Below the pieces are notes generated by a model. The model was not told where the DNA came from and did not search any database. It saw only the letters and a program-made list of their open reading frames with translations. A program made the translations under genes and the position numbers. A stretch of 64,000 bases of DNA from Paramoeba atlantica (lineage: Eukaryota; Protista; Discosea). The first letter of the stretch is position 1, and every line of letters starts with the position of its first letter. Location: the NCBI GenBank assembly GCA_977017575.1, contig CDRNVI010000140.1, positions 1 to 64,000 of the forward strand, written 5' to 3'. Positions 1 to 13,306 of the stretch are shown piece after piece.

Positions 1-158
1 CTCTTCTCTCTTCTCTCTTCTCTCTTCTCCCTTCTCTCTCTCTCTCTCTTTTCTTCTCCCAAAAAAAACATTGAGCTTCCAAAAACAACAAAAAAACAAA
101 AAGAAATGATTATTTTAAAAAATATTTAAAAAAATAATAATAATAAAATAGATTTTAG

Positions 159-1357
159 ATCATGTTTATATACCATATGGGTGGGATTCTCTCTCAAAAA
201 TCACATCTGATATCCCTGATTTGGACGAATTTGATGACTTTATTTCTGCTCCAAAAAAGAGTTTGGTTTGTTTTTTTTTATTTTTTTTTTTTTTATTTAT
301 TTTTTATTATTTTATTTTGTTTCTTTTTTTTTTTTTTTTTTTTTTTGGATTTGTATTTCTCTTTCTTTCAAATTATTTAATACTCTCTTTTTACTCTCTT
401 TCCTTTGCTCCATTTTTAAAATCAATCTCCTTTTCTTATTTCAACACCCCCATTTTCCCTCCTCTCTCTTTTCCAAAAATGAAAAAAAAAAAAAGGCACA
501 ACCAAAAATCCTCGAAAGAACAGAGAGTTGTACTAGCGGAATCAGATGAAGAATTTTTGTTACGACATTATAAACATTTGCAAAGTAAGAAAGATGGAAA
601 GGAAATGGAGGACTCTTCTCCTTCTCGCAGTTTGGGTACTGTTAAGAACCCAAATCTCAGGTTATTTTATTTTATTTTTTATTTTTTATTTTTTATTTTT
701 TATTTTTTATTTTTTATTTTTTATTTTATTTTAGTTTTTATTTTATTTTATTTTATTTTATTTTTGAATCTTTTTTATTATTTTTATTCTTTTGATTCGT
801 TCTCTTATTGATTTATTATTATAAAATCTTGATTTTATTCTTGAATCTAAAAAAAATAAATTAATTTTTCTTCTTTTTCAAAAAGACCTGCAACTCATTC
901 TGTCCCAACCGTCTCAACCTTATCTCTTCCCTCTTCACCAAAGAGAGACCCTTCTCCGATTCAAAGCACTTCTCCCTCTCCCCTTTCTCCTTCTCCCCTT
1001 TCTCCTTCTCCCCTTTCTCCTTCTCCACTCTCCCCATTTGCTCCAATTTCTCCAGCTCGTGCTACCCCTTCTCCCAGCCCAGGTAAAGAAAAGAAGAGAG
1101 AGAAAAGAGAGAGAAAGGAGACAAGATATAAAAGAAGAAAAGAAATTTCGAGATCTCAAGAACAAGAATAAGGAGAATAAGAATGAAAATGAAAAAGAAA
1201 TAAGAAAAAGAAGAATAATTAAAATAATAATAATAATAATTAAAAACTGATCCAATGAACAATATCACAGATGATAATGCTGCAGTTGTCGATGCGGCGA
1301 AAAGGACTGAACTGCACAGCTTTTTTGATAATTTAATGTCATCAAAGGTTCTTCTTC

Positions 1358-1394
<37 letters not shown>

Positions 1395-1487
1395 AAACTC
1401 CTCTCATTTTTTTTTGTGACAAAAAAAAATTATGAAGAATTTGTTCCTTTTTTTTTCTTTTTCTCATTCGTTTCGTCACAGAAATAA
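159..1487 (+). CDS. DYNC1LI: Cytoplasmic dynein light intermediate chain, 3' exons only (gene starts before the window)
   Basis: Spliced reading gives DHVYIPYGWDSLSKI (LIC-type FIPxGWD motif), VLAESDEEFLLRHYKHLQ (LIC AEDxxxFL region), an SPLSP-repeat linker, and ELHSFFDNLMSSKK* (LIC helix-1 type xxFFNSLLSKK). Exons about 159-261, 522-660, 885-1082, 1250-1347, 1482-1487; boundaries inferred from GT/AG sites and phase. Confidence 0.75.
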
Positions 1488-1527
1488 GAGGAAGAGGAAG
1501 GACCATCACTTTTTGACCATTTTGACA

Positions 1528-3225
1528 CTATTTCCCCCCCACATCATAAGAAATATCATGAATAGTAAAACCTTTCGAACCCCCAATCCAATTTCGCTTT
1601 CGTTCTCTTTCCACAAAAAATTCGGTTCTGTTTGTTAGATGATCGATTCTTTCTTTTCTTCTCTTCTTTCTTCCAGTATTGTGGGTGGGACAGAGAGGGA
1701 GGGATTTATGCTCTCGATTTTGTACCTTCCGCACCTCATCTGCATAAAGTGATGGTGTTCTGTTTTTTTTTTTTTTGTGATTCAATAATTATTATTTTTG
1801 TGCAGACAAAAATTGTTGTTGTACACAAAATCCCAAAAAAGAAAAATCAAAGAAAAAAAAGAAGAATCAAGAGTGAGAAGAGAAAACCTGAGAACTTCCT
1901 CTGGAGTTTGGTAATATTTTTTCTGAAGAATTTCGTGGTAATGGTAACTCGGGATAAAATCAACAAAATGATCCGGACTTCTTGTCCAACAAGACCCACA
2001 AACCTAAAAGAAAGAAAGAAAGAAAGAGATTCAGAAAATACAGGAAAACCAAAAAGGAGAGAGAGATTCCAAAAAAGAAATTCCAAAAAAAAAAAACAAC
2101 AACAACCTTCCATCTATCTTTCTCTTCCGGAATGTCAGCTCCCGGTTCCACAAACATCCGATGATGAACAGAACAATAAGGAACATGTACTTCTTTTGCA
2201 GATGAGAGAAATCCCCCCCAAAAAGAGAATGTACCAAAATCGAGAATTAAATAATTGGCTCTCATCATAAAATAGAGATCTTCCAATTCACTCTTTGGTC
2301 CATCGCTTGGTGTCCAACGGGCATTGTATTTCTCTATTAGAAAAGAACTCAAGTGAGAGAGTTTTTCTTTTGGGGGCGCAGCAAGCCAGACATTGTCCCA
2401 TTTTCTTTCTTCTAAAATGGTTTGGTAATAGAAAGTCATTACTTTGTAAATCCATTCTGGTTTTGCGCAAAAGCCTTTCCCTCCTCGGAGGTGAATCACA
2501 ACATCATTTGGACCTGGAGAAGGCAAATATCTTTTGAGAAAGGGAGAAGGAGCAAAGAGTTCGTCCTTGATTTTGTCTCGACAACTCGCATAAAAGCTTG
2601 CAACATAATATCGATGGCCAGAGATGAAACGAAAAGAGTTTGTATGGCATCTTTGATCCCCAACATATGGTGAATTGGGAGGTGAATTGTAAAAGAGAAT
2701 GGGTAATCGATCAAGAAGACAAGGGAAATCCCCTTCTACAAATGTAGAGAGAGAAGTTTTATAGTGATCTGTGAGGATTCGAGCATAGGCATATTTGAAA
2801 AGCTGGTTTCCGAGACGGCCTTCTTTTCTTCCATCACATTTCACACAAACAAGTTGTTCGGATGACTTGGTTGTGTGGTTTTGGAGATCCAAAAAGAACT
2901 CCTTGTACTTCTTTGGCCGCCACCAAATGCTTTCTTCTGGGTTATTTTCAAGATTTTTTGTTTTTAAAAGTTCTTCTTCTCGTTTTAATCCTTCTTTCAA
3001 TTCTAGAATCCAATTGTTGGAGAGAGAGGATCGCCAAGTTGGACCGGAGATGAGAGAAGCGAGATGAATCACATGACTGATGTGAATTCCTTGTAAGTGG
3101 GCTTCATTTGCTATCACGTGATCGACCTTTGAAGCACTCTCGAGAGTGTTGTCTGGGGAACGAGGTTTGGAACAAACTTCATCGATGACCAAGAGGCTCA
3201 GAAGAATGAGAAAGAGACAAAACAT
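1528..3225 (-). CDS. Glycosyltransferase family 11 (alpha-1,2-fucosyltransferase-like) with an N-terminal signal/anchor; 3 exons
   Basis: GRLGNQLFKYA, VVIHLRGG (variant of HxRRGD) and DLYFMMRANYLILDFGTFSFWGGFLS match GT11 motifs I-III. Hydrophobic N-terminus. In-phase exons about 3225-2108, 2004-1890 and 1760-1528. Confidence 0.75.
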
Positions 3226-3390
3226 GAAACAGAAAAAGAAAACCGAAACTTGAAAAATGACAAAGAAAAAATTGGGGCGCTAAAAAAAAAGAAATCTATT
3301 TTTAAATATTTTTGAATTTTAACGGTTATTTTTTTTTTTCATTTGCAGACTCAAAAAGAGAAGAGAAGAGAGAGAGAGAGAGAAAGAGGG

Positions 3391-4206
3391 ATGGAAAACA
3401 TTGGAGTTGGTCGTCTCTCTGTTGTTGGAGTTGAAGAAAATGGTCACCCAAATCTAATTTCTGAATCTCCAAAGAAGAATGGGGGGAAAATTGAGTCGAT
3501 TAAAACTCTTGCGAGTTTGAAAAGAGAGAAGAAAGAGAGAGGAAGAAAATCTTTTGGGATTGAAGAAGAGGAAGAAGGAGAGAGGGGAGAGAGAGAGGGG
3601 GAAGGGGATGGGGAAGATTCGTTTTTGTTGGATGAGAGTGAGTTTGAAGAAGGCGTTCTTTTCTTGGAAAGAGAGAGGACAAAAGAAGAAGAAGAGAGAG
3701 AAGAAGAAAGAGAAGAAGAAGAGGAAGAAAGAGAAGAAGAAGAAGAAGAGGAAGAAAGAGAAGAGGGAAGCGAAGGAGTCAGTTTTGAAAAAGATTCTTT
3801 TGGAGAAGAGACTCCTCTTGAGTGGGCTGAAAATGAAGTTGTTGATTCTCTTTTAGAAACAACAGGTTTTTTGATTTTTTTTTGATTTTTTTGATTTTTT
3901 TTTTTTTGATTTTTTGATTTTTGTTTTTTTATTTCTGGTTTTTATTGATGGCCTTTTTTTGTTTTCTTTTTGGTTTCTAATTTTTCTCAAAAAAGGATCA
4001 GTTCCTAAATCGTCACAGCTCTTCATCTCTCAAGTAATCTTTTTTCTTTTCTTTTTTCTTTTCTTTTTCTTTTTCTTTTCTAAAAAATGATCAAAAAGCT
4101 CCAACAAGAGAGGTCTGATCTTCTTGAAAGAATTGAGAATCTTGAATTCCAACAATACTCTCTGGAGGTCCTTTCTTTCTCTTTTTCTCTCTCTTTTTCT
4201 CATTTC

Positions 4207-4238
<32 letters not shown>

Positions 4239-6661
4239 TTCTCTTTCTCTTTTCTATTCATTTGATTAAAACAAAACTGATTTTTCTGGGATTCAGGATC
4301 AATTGATCAATGCACTTGAAGATTCGAAACAATATCAAGTTGAGTATGAAAAAATTGTTGAAGAGGTTTTTCTTTTCTCTTCCCTTCTTTCTCTCCTTCT
4401 TTCTCTCCTTCTCTCTTCTTTTCTCTTCTCTTTCTTTTGAGTTCTCAAGTTTCTTTTTCAAAAAAAAGGGGAAAGGGCTCTTTAATGCATTTCAAGGCAA
4501 ATCCAGTCGATTGAAAGAAATAACTGAAAAACTCACTCAACTCAAACTCGAGCTCTCAAATAAGGTTTTTTTTTATTATTTATTTTTTTTTTATTTAGAG
4601 ATCAAAAATGGTGATTAATTTTTTTTAATTTAATTTCAAAAAAAATTAGTTTTTGATCTCTTAAAATGAACATTTTTTTAAAAAAAACTTAAATCTCTTG
4701 TGATAGGAAGAAGAGTTGAAGAACGCAACCAAATCGATCAATCAATGGAAAGAGAGATTGGAAGGTAAAACCAAAAGAAACAACATTTTTCTTTTTTCAT
4801 TCTTTTCTTTTTCATTCTTTTTTATCATTCTCTTTTTTTTTTTTTCAAAATTCTCATTTCTTTTTCCCCCCATTCTCCCCCCCCAAAAAAAAAAACAAAA
4901 CAAAAACAGCGGAAAAAAAACTAGTCCTCGAATGGAAAGAAAAATACAAAGCACAAAGCGCAAGATTCAAACAAAATTTCGAATCATACAAATCCCTCCG
5001 AACCGAACTCGAAAAGAAAAACCAAACTCCTCCAACAGATGAAATTGAGACAAAAATAAGAGCCGAATTTGATTCTAAATTGGCGTGTGAGAAGAGGCAA
5101 ATTCGAATTGATGTTGAAAAGAAATTGAAATTGGATTTGGAAAAGAAATTGAAGTTGGAGTTGGAGAAGAAGATGGAAAAGAAAGTGAGAGTTGAGATGG
5201 AAAAGAAAATGAAAGTTGAGATGGAAAAGAAATTGAAAATTGAGATGGAAAAGAATCTGAAAGTAGAGATGGAAAAGAGAATGAAAGTTGAAATGGAAAA
5301 GAGAGGAGTAGAAGAGAGGGTGAGAGAGTTGGAGGGGGTTGTTGTTGGAAAAGATGAGGAGATTGAGATGTTGACTTCTTTGCTTAAGAAAGAGAGGGAA
5401 GGGAGAGAGGGGAGGGGAGAGGAAATGGAGAGAGAGATGGAGAGAGAGAGTGAGAGAGAGGTGGAGAGAGAGAGTGAGAGAGAGGTGGAAAGAGAGAGAG
5501 AGAGAGAGATGGAGAGAGAGATGTGTTGTTTGAGGGAAAGGGTTGAAGAGAAAGAGAAGAGGATTGAAGAGATTTCTTCTAAAGAGGAAGAGAGAGAGAG
5601 AGGAATGGAGAAATTAGAGAATTGTTTGGTTGAGAGTGAAGAGAAGATCTCGAAATTAAAAGGAGAGAAGAGAGAGAGAGAAGAACTCGCGAGAAAACAT
5701 CTCCTCAAATCAGAGTACAATTCTTTGATTGTATTAAAACTCGAAAAAGAGAAAGAAGAGAGAGAGGAAGATTTCTCTTCTTCTCAAGAGAGAGAGAGAG
5801 AATTAAGAGAGAGATTATCCCAATTGGAAGAGAAATATAAAAGAGAGGTTCTTTCGAGAGAGGATTCTTCTTCTCGTTTTGAGGAGAAGTATCATTCTGT
5901 TTTACAAGAGGTTTTTTTTAATTTATTTATTTATATTTTATTTTAATTTTTTCTTATTTTATTTTTATTTTCTTTTTTTTATTTCTTATTTATTTATATT
6001 TTATTTTATTCTATTTTTCGTTTTTTTCTTTTTTATTTATTTTATTTTATTATTTTCTTTTTCTTTCTTTCTCCTTCTCTCAATCTCTTCCTTTTTAGAG
6101 AAATACTCTTAAAAAACGAGTGGATCGTTTAATGGAAATGGCCAAAAATGTTATGATTGCAAACCAAACTCATGTTTTCTTTTCTTTTTCTCTTTTATTT
6201 CTTTTTTTTTATGGAAAAACGACCAATCTGATCTTTTCTTTCTCTCTCTCTCTCGCTCTCTCTCGCTCTCTCTTTCTCTCTCTCCTCTCTTTTCTTTTTT
6301 GATTTGGAATAGATTGAGTTGAGTTCTTCAACAGAAAAAGTGGCGGACTTGTTTCAGAAAAAGTACGATGCTCTTCGGGTTTGCATCTTTTTTCTTATTT
6401 ATTCTTTTATTTATTTATAAAAGAAGAATTTAAAATTTAATCAGTGAATTTGAATAAAGTTTAATGAAAAATAAGTAAAAAATGAAAAATTGAGAGAATT
6501 AAAAAGTAAAATAAATAAAATAAAAATAAAGATTTAAAAATGAAAAATTGAGAAAAAAAAAATAGGAAAAAATCGAAAAACAGAAGAAAACAATCACTCA
6601 AAAAGAAGAAGAAATCAAAGAAAAAGAAGAAGAAAACAAACAAATGAAAGACGAGAAAGAA

Positions 6662-6692
<31 letters not shown>

Positions 6693-8266
6693 AAGAAGAA
6701 AGAGAAGAAAGAGAAGGATTCCAAGAGAGAATGAGAGAGATGGAGAGAGAGAGAAGAGAGAGAGAGAAAGAGAGAGAGTTCTTCGAATGGGAGAGAGAGA
6801 GAATGAGAGGAGAAATCGATCTTTCTTCTTCTTTGATTCAGAAAGAGAGAGAGGAGAGAGAGAGAGAGAGAGGAGAGAGAGAAGAAGAGAGAAGGGAAGA
6901 GATGGAGAGAGGAGAGCTGAGAGAAAGGGAGAGAGAAGAAGAAAGGGAAAATTTGAGAGAAAGAGAGAGAGAAGAGAGAGAGAAAGAAGAAGGAGAGAGA
7001 AAGAAAGAAAGAGAGAAAGAAGAAGGAGAGAGAGAGAGAAAGAGAGAGAAAGAAGAAGGAGAGAGAGAGAGAAAGAGAGAGAAAGAAGAAGAATCTCTCA
7101 ATGAAAAGATGAATCTTTTGTCTCTTTCTCTTTCTCATGTCAAAGAAGAGACTCTCTCTCTCTTGGAACAGAGAGATCAATTGAAAAGGTTTTTTTTTCC
7201 TTTTTCTTTCTTTCTGTTTCTTTTCCCTTTCTCTTTCTCTATCTCTTTCTCTTCTCTTTCCCTTTTCCCTTTTCCCTTTCTCTTTTCTCACCTTCTCTCT
7301 CTCTTTCTCTTTTTCAGGTTTGTTGAGGAAATTGGAGGAGAATATGAACAAATGTTTTTGGAATTGAAACAATCTCTCTCTTCTGCTTTCCAACTTTCAA
7401 GTTTTATTTTTATTTTTTTATTTTTTTATTTTTTTATTTTTTTATTTTTTTATTTTTTTATTTTTTTATTTTTCTTTTCATTTCATTTCATTTTTTCTTT
7501 TATCTTTTATTTTGTGATTTTGAGTTCATTTTTTTTCTTTTTTTAACAGAAGAAAAAGAACAAAATTCTTTAAAAGAGAAAGAAAAACTCAAAAACGATA
7601 TTTTTCTCCTCAACAAAGAAAAAGAAGAAAAAGAAAGAGAAAGAGAACAAGAGAAAGAGAGAGAGAAAGAGAGAGAAGAGCATTTAGAGAGAGAGAAGAG
7701 AGAGAAAGAGAATGAAATTTGTGTTCTTGAGAGAGAAAAAGAAGAGAGAGAGAGAGAAATGAGTGTTCTTGAGAGAGAAAGAGAAGAAGAAGAGAGAGAG
7801 AGGAGAGAAAGAGAGAAAGAAATTGGTCTTCTTGAGAGAGAGAGAGAGGGTCTTTTGTTCTATTTTTCTGAGGTTTTTTTTATTTTTTATTTTTCATTTT
7901 TCATTTTTCATTTTATTTAATTTTATTTATTTATTTTTTATGATTTATGTTTTTATGTTTTTATTTTTGTCCTTTTGTTCTTTTCTCTCTTTCTCTCTTT
8001 CTTTCTCTCTTTCTCTCTCTTCCCTCTCTCTTTCTTCTCAAAAACAAACTAAACCCCCAATCACACAGAGCCAAACAACAAACAAAAAAGCAGAAGAGAG
8101 AGAAAGAGAGAGAGAGAAACTCCTCTCTTCTCTCCAAAAAAGAAACGTTTCTCTTCTTCTCTCTTCTCTTGTGAGAGATTCTCTCTCTTCTGCTCTCTCT
8201 TTTGTGAGAGAGAGAGGGGAGAGAGAGAGGAGGGAGAGAGAGGGGGAGAGAGAGGGGGAGAGAGAG

Positions 8267-8302
<36 letters not shown>

Positions 8303-8430
8303 TTGGGAGAGAAGTTGGAGAATTTTGTTTCTCTTTGTGAGAAAAATCGGTTTTATTTTTGTTTTTTTATTTTTTTATTTTTTATTTTTTTATTTTTTTA
8401 TTTTTATTTTTATTTTTATTTTTATTTTTA

Positions 8431-8461
<31 letters not shown>

Positions 8462-11400
8462 TTAATATTAAAATATTCAAATATATTTCTTTCTTCTCTT
8501 ATCTCTCTCCTCTCTTCTTTCTTCTCTTCTCTCTTCTTAATTCAACAGAGAAATAATTGATAATTCAAATTTCCAAATTCGAGAATTAAAAGAAAAATTA
8601 GAACAATCTGATTCCTCAAATCTCCATGTTTTTTTCCCTTTTCTTTCTCTTTCTCTTTTCTCTTCTCTTCTCTTTCTCTTCTCTTTCTCTTCTCTTTCTC
8701 TCCTTTCTCTCCTTTCTAAACAACAACAAAAAAAAATAGTTAAAAGGAGAAATGGGAACAATCACCAAAAAATTAAGTCAAACTGAAACAGAAAAGAAAC
8801 GTCTTTCTCTTCTTCTCAAACAAGTTCTCTCTCTCTCTCTCTTTCTTTTCTCTCTCCCTTCTCTCTTTCTCTTTTTCTTTTCTCATTTTCTCTCTCTAAT
8901 GATTGTCAATTCTCCTCTTTTTTCTTTCCTCTTTTCACTCTCTTTTCACTCTCTTTTCACTCTCTCCCTTCTCTCATTTCTCTCTCTCTTTTCTCTCTCT
9001 CTTCTCTCATTTCTCTCATTTCTCTCTTTTCTCTCTTTTCTCTCTTTTCTCTCTTTCTCTCTTTTCTCTTTTCTCTCTCTCTCTTTCTCTCCTCTCTCTT
9101 TTAGACACACGAGTCACAAGGGGCATTAAAAGGACAAATAAATCACCTTGAATTTCAACTTGATCAACTTCACACGTTTTTCTTTCTCTTTTCTCTTTTC
9201 TCTTTCTCTCTTCTCTTTCTCTTTTCTCTTTCTTTCTCTCTCTCTCTCTCTCTTCTCTTTCTTTCTCTTTCTCTTTCTCTTCTCTCTCCCTTTCTTTCTC
9301 TTCTTTCCTCTTCTAATTGTAATTTTTATTATTATTATTAGAGAGATAAAGAATAAAGAAGAGAAAGAAAAGAGACAAATTCAACAAATTCAAAATATTT
9401 GTTCTGAAAATGAAGAATTGGATTTGAGTTTGAAACAAAAAGAAAAAGGTTTTTTATTTTTTATTTTTATTTTTGTTTATTTTATTTTATTTTTTATTTT
9501 TTATTTTATTTTTATTTTCTTTTGATTTTTATTTTTAATTATTTTATTTTATTAATATTTTATTAATATTTTCTTTTTAAAGAAATCGATCAAGTGATTG
9601 TTTCGTATGATAACAAAATGTTGGAATTGAAAAATGTAATTAAAAATCAGAGGTTTTTTTTCATTTCATTTCTTTTCTCTTTTTCTTCTCTTTTCTTCAT
9701 TCTTCATTTCATTTCCTTTTCTCTTTTCTATTCTCTTTTCTTTCTCTTTTCTCTTTTCTCTTTTCTCTTTTCTCTTTTTCTAAAAACAAAAAAAAAAACA
9801 GAGAAGTGATTCGAAAACAACAAATTGAATTCAAAGAAGAAACCGATTCTCTTCGTCAATCTCTTGATCAGTTCTCTCTTTTCTCTTTCTTCTCTTCTCT
9901 TCTCTTCTCTTCTCTTCTCTCGTCTCCCTCTTTCTTCTCTTTCTTCTCTCTCTTTTTCTTCTCTTTTTTCTCTTCTCTTTTAAAATTAATCAAGATTCTT
10001 TCAAAAGGAGAGACGGGAAAGAGAAAGAAGAAATCTCAAATTTAGAACATCAACTTTCTTTTGCTCGCTCGGTTTCTTTTCTCTCTTCTTTCCTCTTTTC
10101 CTTTCTTTTCTTTCCTTCTTCTCATCTCTTTTCTCTTTCTCCCTTTCTCTCTTCTCTCTCTTCTCTCTCTTCTCTATTCTCTTCTCTCTTCTTTTTTCTC
10201 TCTTCTCTCTTCTCTCTTTCTCTTTCTCTCTCTCTCAGAAAAACAAAACACTTCAAGATGAATTAGAAAAAGAAAGAAAGAAAATGATAGAAATGAGAGA
10301 GAAATGGAACGCCACTTCTCTTGAATGTCTCTTTCAATCTCAACAAAAATCTCAAATTAAACAAGAGGTTTTCTTTCTTTTCTCTCTCTCTTTCTTTTCT
10401 CTCTTTCTCTTCTCTCTTCTCTCTTCTCTTCCTCTCTCCCTCTCTCTTCTTCTCTCCTTTTTTCTTTTCTTTCTCTCTTTCCCCTCTCTCCTTCTCATTT
10501 TTACGTTTAAAGAACTCGGAAATGAAAGAAGAAATCGAAGAAAAAACAATTAAAATCGTCGAATTAACAAACAAATCAAAAGAAAGAGAGAGAGAATTGA
10601 AAGAGGTGAAAGAAGAGAGGGAGAGAGAAAGAGAGGAGAGGGAGAGAGAAAGGGAGGAGAGGGAGAGGGAAAGAGGGAGAGAAGAGGGAGAGAGGGAGAG
10701 GGAGAGGGAGGAGAGGGAGAGAGGGAGAGAAGAGAGAGAGAGAGAGAAGGAGAGAGAGAGAGAAAGAGAAGAGGTTTTGGAGAAAGCGGAAGAAAAACTG
10801 AGAGTTCAAAATCTTATTCTTCAACATTTACAGGTCATTTTTATTATTAATAATAATTAGTATTATTTAATATTAATAATTAATATTATTTATTATTATT
10901 AATTCTTATTCGTTCTTTTTCTCTTTTTCTCTTCTCTTTCTTTTTCTTTTTTGATTTTAATTCCATTTTTTTTGTTTCTCTCCTCTTTTTTCCTTTCTCT
11001 CTTCTCTCTCCTCCCTTCTTGATAAACAGAAAGAAGTATGGAAACAAAAAGTAGAAACAAATATCATCGAAAATGAAAAACAAGAATTGATTCTTCAATT
11101 GGAAATTCTTCTTCTTCGTTCTGATTATTCTGTTTGTTTTCTCTCTCTCTTCTCTCTCTCTTCTCTCTCTCTTCTCTTTTTCTCTCTTCTCTTTTCTCTT
11201 CTCCTTTTTCTCTATGATCTCATTTTTTTCTCTCTCTTCCTCCCCCTCTCTCTTTCCTCTTTTCTCTCTTCCCTCCCTCTCTCTTTCTTTTCTTTTTTTT
11301 CTCTTTCCTTTCTCTTTTTTTTTTTCCTCTCTCTCTTTCTTCTCTCTTTCCTCTCTAAAGGGAGTACAAGGAAAAGAATGTGGAGTGAGATTAACCGCAC

Positions 11401-12071
11401 AAAATATACAAATTCAAAAAGAAATACAAACTGTAAAGAGAGAGAAATCAAAATTGGAAGAGAGTTTGGCTGATACAAAGTTTGTTTTCTCTTCTCTTCT
11501 CTCCCTCTCTCTCTTTCTTTCTTTCCTTTCTTTTTTCTCTTTCCTCTCTCCTTTTTCTCTTTCTTTTCACTTTTTCTCTTGTCTTTCTTTCTTCTTTTCT
11601 CTCCTTTTAAATTCATTGAAATTCAAAACAGAAAAAGTCTCAAACAAATATCAAATAAACAAAAAAATATGAGAAAAAGCCTCGAAAAAGCAGACTCGGA
11701 ATTGAGATGTCTTCTTGCAATCTTAAACAAGACAAGGTTTCTTTCTCTTTTTTTCTCTTTCTTTTTTCTTTTTTCGATTTTTTCCTTTTTCCCTTCTTGC
11801 TTTTCTTTTCTATTTTCTCTCTTTCTCATTTTCTTCTTTTCTCTCTCTCTTCTCCTCTATTGTTCTCTTCTCTTCTTCTCTTTTCCTAAAAAAAAATTAC
11901 AGACAAATGTTCAAAAAGCACTGGCGCAACGAAGAAATGGTACAAAGCGAAGAACTTTGTACTTTTATCAGAGCTTTTCTCGATACAGAATTACAACCCC
12001 CTTCTCTCTCTTCTTCTCCTTCTTCTTCTTCTTCTTCTTCTTCCTCTGATTCAATGGATCAACAAGAATAA
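3391..12071 (+). CDS. Large multi-exon E/R/K-rich coiled-coil protein, function unknown
   Basis: ATG at 3391. GA-rich exons encode heptad-like E/R/K/L tracts (e.g. 5030-5905, 6640-7190, 10500-10830) and are separated by CT/T-rich introns with AG|GT boundaries. The last exon reads QMFKKHWRNEEMVQSEEL...DQQE* (stop 12069-12071). Exact exon structure not fully resolved. Confidence 0.6.
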
Positions 12072-12529
12072 TCACTTTCCCTTTACTCTCAAGAGGAATT
12101 TCTTCTTCCACTTTTCTTCTTCTTCCTTCTTCTTCTCCCCAAATTCTTTCCTTTTTTCTTCCCCAATGTAAAATAAGACATCCAAACATGAAAGTAATAA
12201 TATTCAAAATAAAAATCAACAAAATATGATTTTATTATTTGTCTTAAATTATATTTAAATATTCCATAAAAAATAATTATGATATTTTTTTCAATTCAAA
12301 TTTGAATACAATTGAAAGATGAATTTCAAAAAACCACAACAGGAAAGAATTTCGAGATTTGGAGACCAAAAGAGTGTCGAGAAAAAAGACTAAGTTTTCA
12401 TAAAGAAGCGAAAAAACTATTATTGAACAACAATCAGAGAGCAAGAAGAGAAAAGAGAGAAGAGAAAAAGAAAACGAAAGAATGAACACATAATAATAAA
12501 GAAAAAATAAAGATAAATAAAAATCAATA

Positions 12530-13274
12530 TTAATAGAGAAGGGAAAACCTTCCCAGAGCCGAAAAAGTCAACATCACAACAGCAGGACAAAGGCTCCCCC
12601 TCCCAAGAGACAGCTCTCTATCCCCTCTCTCTCCCTCTCCTCCTTCTTCTCTCTCTCCTCCCTCTTCTCTCTCTCCTCTCTCTTCTCCCTCTCTCCTCCC
12701 TTCTCTTTCCTCAAGAGAACGAAGTCGGTTTTGATGTAATTTTCTCTTCAATTTCGCAACATACAACACCAACTCAATTGTTGTTCCAACTAAAGTTGGT
12801 CCTCTCCCTCTCTCTCTTAACCCCTCTCCTTCAAAAGAAGAAGAAAGAGCAACAGGAAAAGAAGAAGAAGAAAGAGAAGAAAGAGAAGAAGAAGAAAGAG
12901 AAGAAGAAGAAGGAGACTCTTCTCTCTCAGAAAGAAATTGTCTTGCTTCTCTCTCAATACCTTGAACAACAGCATCAGATATTCTGACCATTTGCCCCTC
13001 ATCCAAAAATTTCCCCAAATCAGACCCTCCTCCTCCTTCTTCTTCTTCTTCTTTCTCTCTCTCTTTCCCCTCTCTCTCTTTCCTCTCCTTATCTCTCTCC
13101 CTCTTCTTCTCTCTCTCCCTCTTCTTCTCTTTCCTTTTCTTTTCAATCAACTCCATATCATCTAATTGTTCTTTCCAATCCATAACCTTCTCAACAAATT
13201 CCTCTTCTTCTTCTACAACACTCTCTATTTCCTCTCTCAATCTCCCCAACCTCCTCTCAACAATCTCTCTCATC

Positions 13275-13306
<32 letters not shown>

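Noticed and set aside
12277-12600. KASH-like tail anchor on the CC1-box protein
   Set aside because: The last exon is ambiguous, neither reading ends in PPPx, and the hydrophobic stretch is marginal.
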